Below, piece by piece: positions 26,699 to 28,895 of a stretch of DNA of 28,895 nucleotides. Each line of letters opens with the position of its first letter. The first letter of the stretch is position 1. The DNA is from a virus, in the IMG/VR virus record IMGVR_UViG_3300025117_001212. One strand, 5' to 3'. The notes beneath the pieces are model-generated. The model searched no databases. It was not told the origin of the DNA and saw nothing but the letters and a program-made list of their open reading frames with translations. The position numbers and the translations under genes are program-made.

Positions 26699-26889
26699 AA
26701 AAATTCTATTTCTGTAATATTAAACTCATATGTAAGATGCTTATGGAGTTTTTCTTTAGTTCTAGCAAGAATAACTAAACTCCCATATTGAGTTTTGCGA
26801 ATTTCGCAGATAATATATTTATTTCTACTAAATTTAGATATAATTTCATTACCAACTTTTAACTTCTTCATTAGAGTATATTTGTTCAT
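26695..26889 (-). CDS. MNxYT-family SH3/KOW-like miniprotein
   Basis: MNKYTL...LKVGNEI...FNITEIEFL. Confidence 0.7.
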   Translation of the reverse strand: MNKYTLMKKLKVGNEIISKFSRNKYIICEIRKTQYGSLVILARTKEKLHKHLTYEFNITEIEFL

Positions 26890-27110
26890 TCAACTATTTC
26901 ATCAATAATGTCTACTTCATGATAATAAAAGAAATCAGAATGTTCCTCTACATATACCAAGAAATACTTATCCTCAACACCTCTGTATACTTCTTTAACA
27001 GTAAATTCGCTAAGCTCTGAATATGTACTGCGATCAGCAACTACTACTGTTTTATTTAATCTTATTAGAACTCCAGGTTTTAACAGTTTTTTTGCAGTGT
27101 ATAAATTCAT
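26886..27110 (-). CDS. MNxYT-family SH3/KOW-like miniprotein
   Basis: MNLYTA...LKPGVLIRL...FYYHEVDII. Confidence 0.7.
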   Translation of the reverse strand: MNLYTAKKLLKPGVLIRLNKTVVVADRSTYSELSEFTVKEVYRGVEDKYFLVYVEEHSDFFYYHEVDIIDEIVE

Positions 27111-27310
27111 AATTTGTACTCTATTTCATCAGGAAAAAATACTAATTTGTTATGAGATGTTTTTATATCAACAAAACAATTTTCTGCATATTGACCAATG
27201 CCAATAACAATACCTTCATTTTCATGGAAATCGCAATATGATTCTATTCCCTTTTTATTTATTCTTACTTTATCACCTACCTTTAATCTATTGAAGAGAT
27301 ATTTATTCAT
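27107..27310 (-). CDS. MNxYT-family SH3/KOW-like miniprotein
   Basis: MNKYLF..LKVGDKVRI...FFPDEIEY. Confidence 0.7.
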   Translation of the reverse strand: MNKYLFNRLKVGDKVRINKKGIESYCDFHENEGIVIGIGQYAENCFVDIKTSHNKLVFFPDEIEYKL

Positions 27311-27518
27311 CAATCACCATTAGATTATCTGGATGCCAGCCATCTGATTCTTTTGATCCCTCACCCCTATATACATCTACTAGAATGTAATCTGCAGTAT
27401 ATTCAATAATACTCTTAACTGTGAATATTTTTCCATAATTAGGATCATCTTTAAATCTAAGTGTTGGTGTTACTTTTGTTCCTGGCCTAAATTTCTTTTT
27501 GAGTGTGTATAGATTCAT
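27303..27518 (-). CDS. MNxYT-family SH3/KOW-like miniprotein
   Basis: MNLYTL...FRPGTKV...WHPDNLMVI. Confidence 0.7.
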   Translation of the reverse strand: MNLYTLKKKFRPGTKVTPTLRFKDDPNYGKIFTVKSIIEYTADYILVDVYRGEGSKESDGWHPDNLMVIDE

Positions 27519-27519
27519 A

Positions 27520-28401
27520 TCATAATCCCCCCATGATTAAATGATATAATAGAGGAAACATAATTTCATGGTGTCCAATCAAGTTATATCCTCTAGCACC
27601 GAGTAACTTAGGTCTTTTGACAATATTATTTATTGCTCGATACTGAGGAATAAAATCCATATTAATAGTTGTTACTTGTTGCATTTGATTATTATTAGGA
27701 TGGCCTGAAAGGGATGCTGATAATGCTTTGAGGAAGAGTTCTGGCATGACTACTGCAGAGCCAAGATTAATGATAATGCCGCCATTAATTACAAGAATAT
27801 CGATAGCACATCTAAAACTCCTGTAATCATTTATTGAATATTTTAATCCTTGTCCATTTGTGAATTTATGATAAACATCACATCCTAATTGTTGGTGAAT
27901 AGTTACTTCAGCTTTTGAAGCTATGATGCTATAATTTTCATATTCCATATCTTTAATCGTTCTTTTAGCTATATCCCCTAATGAATCATTGTCACTATGA
28001 ATACTATCACAAAATATAGAATTAATGACATTTATTGTTTCTTCTGTTTCACCAAAATTCCCATTACACAATGATTCCTCAACATCTTCAGATGTGTTTC
28101 CTTCCATAGCAATTTCTAGATCGTGAACTAATCCCGATCCATTCATAGCGATATGTGATATAATTCCTCTATTTGCTAGATCTATTATGAATGGGGATAC
28201 TCCTACTTTGATCGGATGGCCACCCATCATTAATATAATAGGTAATTTAGGATCATGTCGAATTTGGGCAGTTATGATATTGACAATATCTAATAAATCA
28301 CTACCAGCCAATATGTTTGGTAGTGATTTAAATAAATTTTTGTCTATTTCACCAAATGAGCCTATAGATACTTTACTTTTTCTCTTTATTAGTGATTGCA
28401 T
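27520..28401 (-). CDS. Conserved bacterial-type protein, deoxyhypusine-synthase-like NAD-binding fold (GSU2086-like family, from recall)
   Basis: SLPNILAG, MMGGH.IKVG, IAMNGSG..HD.EIA..G.TSEDV, NLGSAVVMPE.FLKAL, DFI.QYR, GHHEIMFPL. Confidence 0.65.
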   Translation of the reverse strand: MQSLIKRKSKVSIGSFGEIDKNLFKSLPNILAGSDLLDIVNIITAQIRHDPKLPIILMMGGHPIKVGVSPFIIDLANRGIISHIAMNGSGLVHDLEIAMEGNTSEDVEESLCNGNFGETEETINVINSIFCDSIHSDNDSLGDIAKRTIKDMEYENYSIIASKAEVTIHQQLGCDVYHKFTNGQGLKYSINDYRSFRCAIDILVINGGIIINLGSAVVMPELFLKALSASLSGHPNNNQMQQVTTINMDFIPQYRAINNIVKRPKLLGARGYNLIGHHEIMFPLLYHLIMGGL

Positions 28402-28592
28402 TATCCTTCCTCCACCTTATCTATTTCATAATAGAGAAAATTGCATCCGCAGTCAGACAGTATAACATTATGCCCTTCCCAAATTAAATCAACTCTTACA
28501 ATTTGACCAATCATACTTCTATAGGTTGTTTCATTTTCATTTATTCTAACTTTATCGCCAATCTTTAATCTTTTGAATGTATATAAGTTCAT
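28401..28592 (-). CDS. MNxYT-family SH3/KOW-like miniprotein
   Basis: MNLYTFKRLKIGDKVRI...FLYYEIDKV. Confidence 0.7.
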   Translation of the reverse strand: MNLYTFKRLKIGDKVRINENETTYRSMIGQIVRVDLIWEGHNVILSDCGCNFLYYEIDKVEEG

Positions 28593-28798
28593 TTTACTAT
28601 TTCAATTTCATCAAGCCTGAAATATGTTTTTGGATATCCTTCTATGTGGATAAATTCTATTGGGGATTCCCATTCTACCTTAACAATATTAAAAATTTTG
28701 CCAGTGACTTCATTATGAATTCTACAATGGTCACATTCACAAATTATTTTTACTTTTTGGCCTTTTCTTAAATATTTATTTATAGTATATTCATTCAT
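28589..28798 (-). CDS. MNxYT-family SH3/KOW-like miniprotein
   Basis: MNEYTI..LRKGQKVKII...FRLDEIEIV. Confidence 0.7.
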   Translation of the reverse strand: MNEYTINKYLRKGQKVKIICECDHCRIHNEVTGKIFNIVKVEWESPIEFIHIEGYPKTYFRLDEIEIVK

Positions 28799-28895
28799 TT
28801 ATTTCCAGTTAGTTCATTTTCAGCTTTCTTTACATGTTTGCTTGCTTCTCCCCAAGCGTATGATATCATATCCATATAGAATATTCTACCGTCAT
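28795..28895 (-). CDS. 3' end of an ORF truncated by the window edge
   Basis: ...DGRIFYMDMISYAWGEASKHVKKAENELTGNK*; ATGA overlap with the next gene. Confidence 0.5.
   Translation of the reverse strand, partial: DGRIFYMDMISYAWGEASKHVKKAENELTGNK

Noticed and set aside
409-28771. All other plus-strand ORFs in the track
   Set aside because: Antisense to well-supported minus-strand genes; no motifs or RBS.
1-28895. tRNA, rRNA, introns, inteins, reverse transcriptase/DGR
   Set aside because: No cloverleaf, interrupted core gene, RT motif or TR/VR pair seen by eye; intergenic space is minimal.

Overview
AT-rich (roughly 28-30% GC by spot counts), gene-dense stretch coded entirely on the minus strand. 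It looks like the replication region of a large tailed dsDNA phage: primase, DnaB-like helicase, DnaC-like loader, SF2 helicase, family-4 uracil-DNA glycosylase, NAD-dependent ligase, GyrA and a sigma-70-like factor, among many small, translationally coupled ORFs. Main surprises: (1) about 15 ORFs share an N-terminal MNxYT leader; 11 are hypervariable SH3/KOW-like miniproteins in tandem arrays and 4 carry unrelated bodies. (2) A GC-rich island holds two tandem integron-like gene cassettes with canonically spaced attC-like sites and no integrase. (3) A GT-B plus radical SAM pair resembles phage DNA-hypermodification genes and runs directly into an unannotated tnpB. (4) A PEP-CTERM protein is present. 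(5) GyrA has a two-residue deletion in the quinolone-binding helix. (6) A perfect inverted repeat can sequester the start of the sigma-factor gene. All family calls come from motif recognition by eye; no searches were run.
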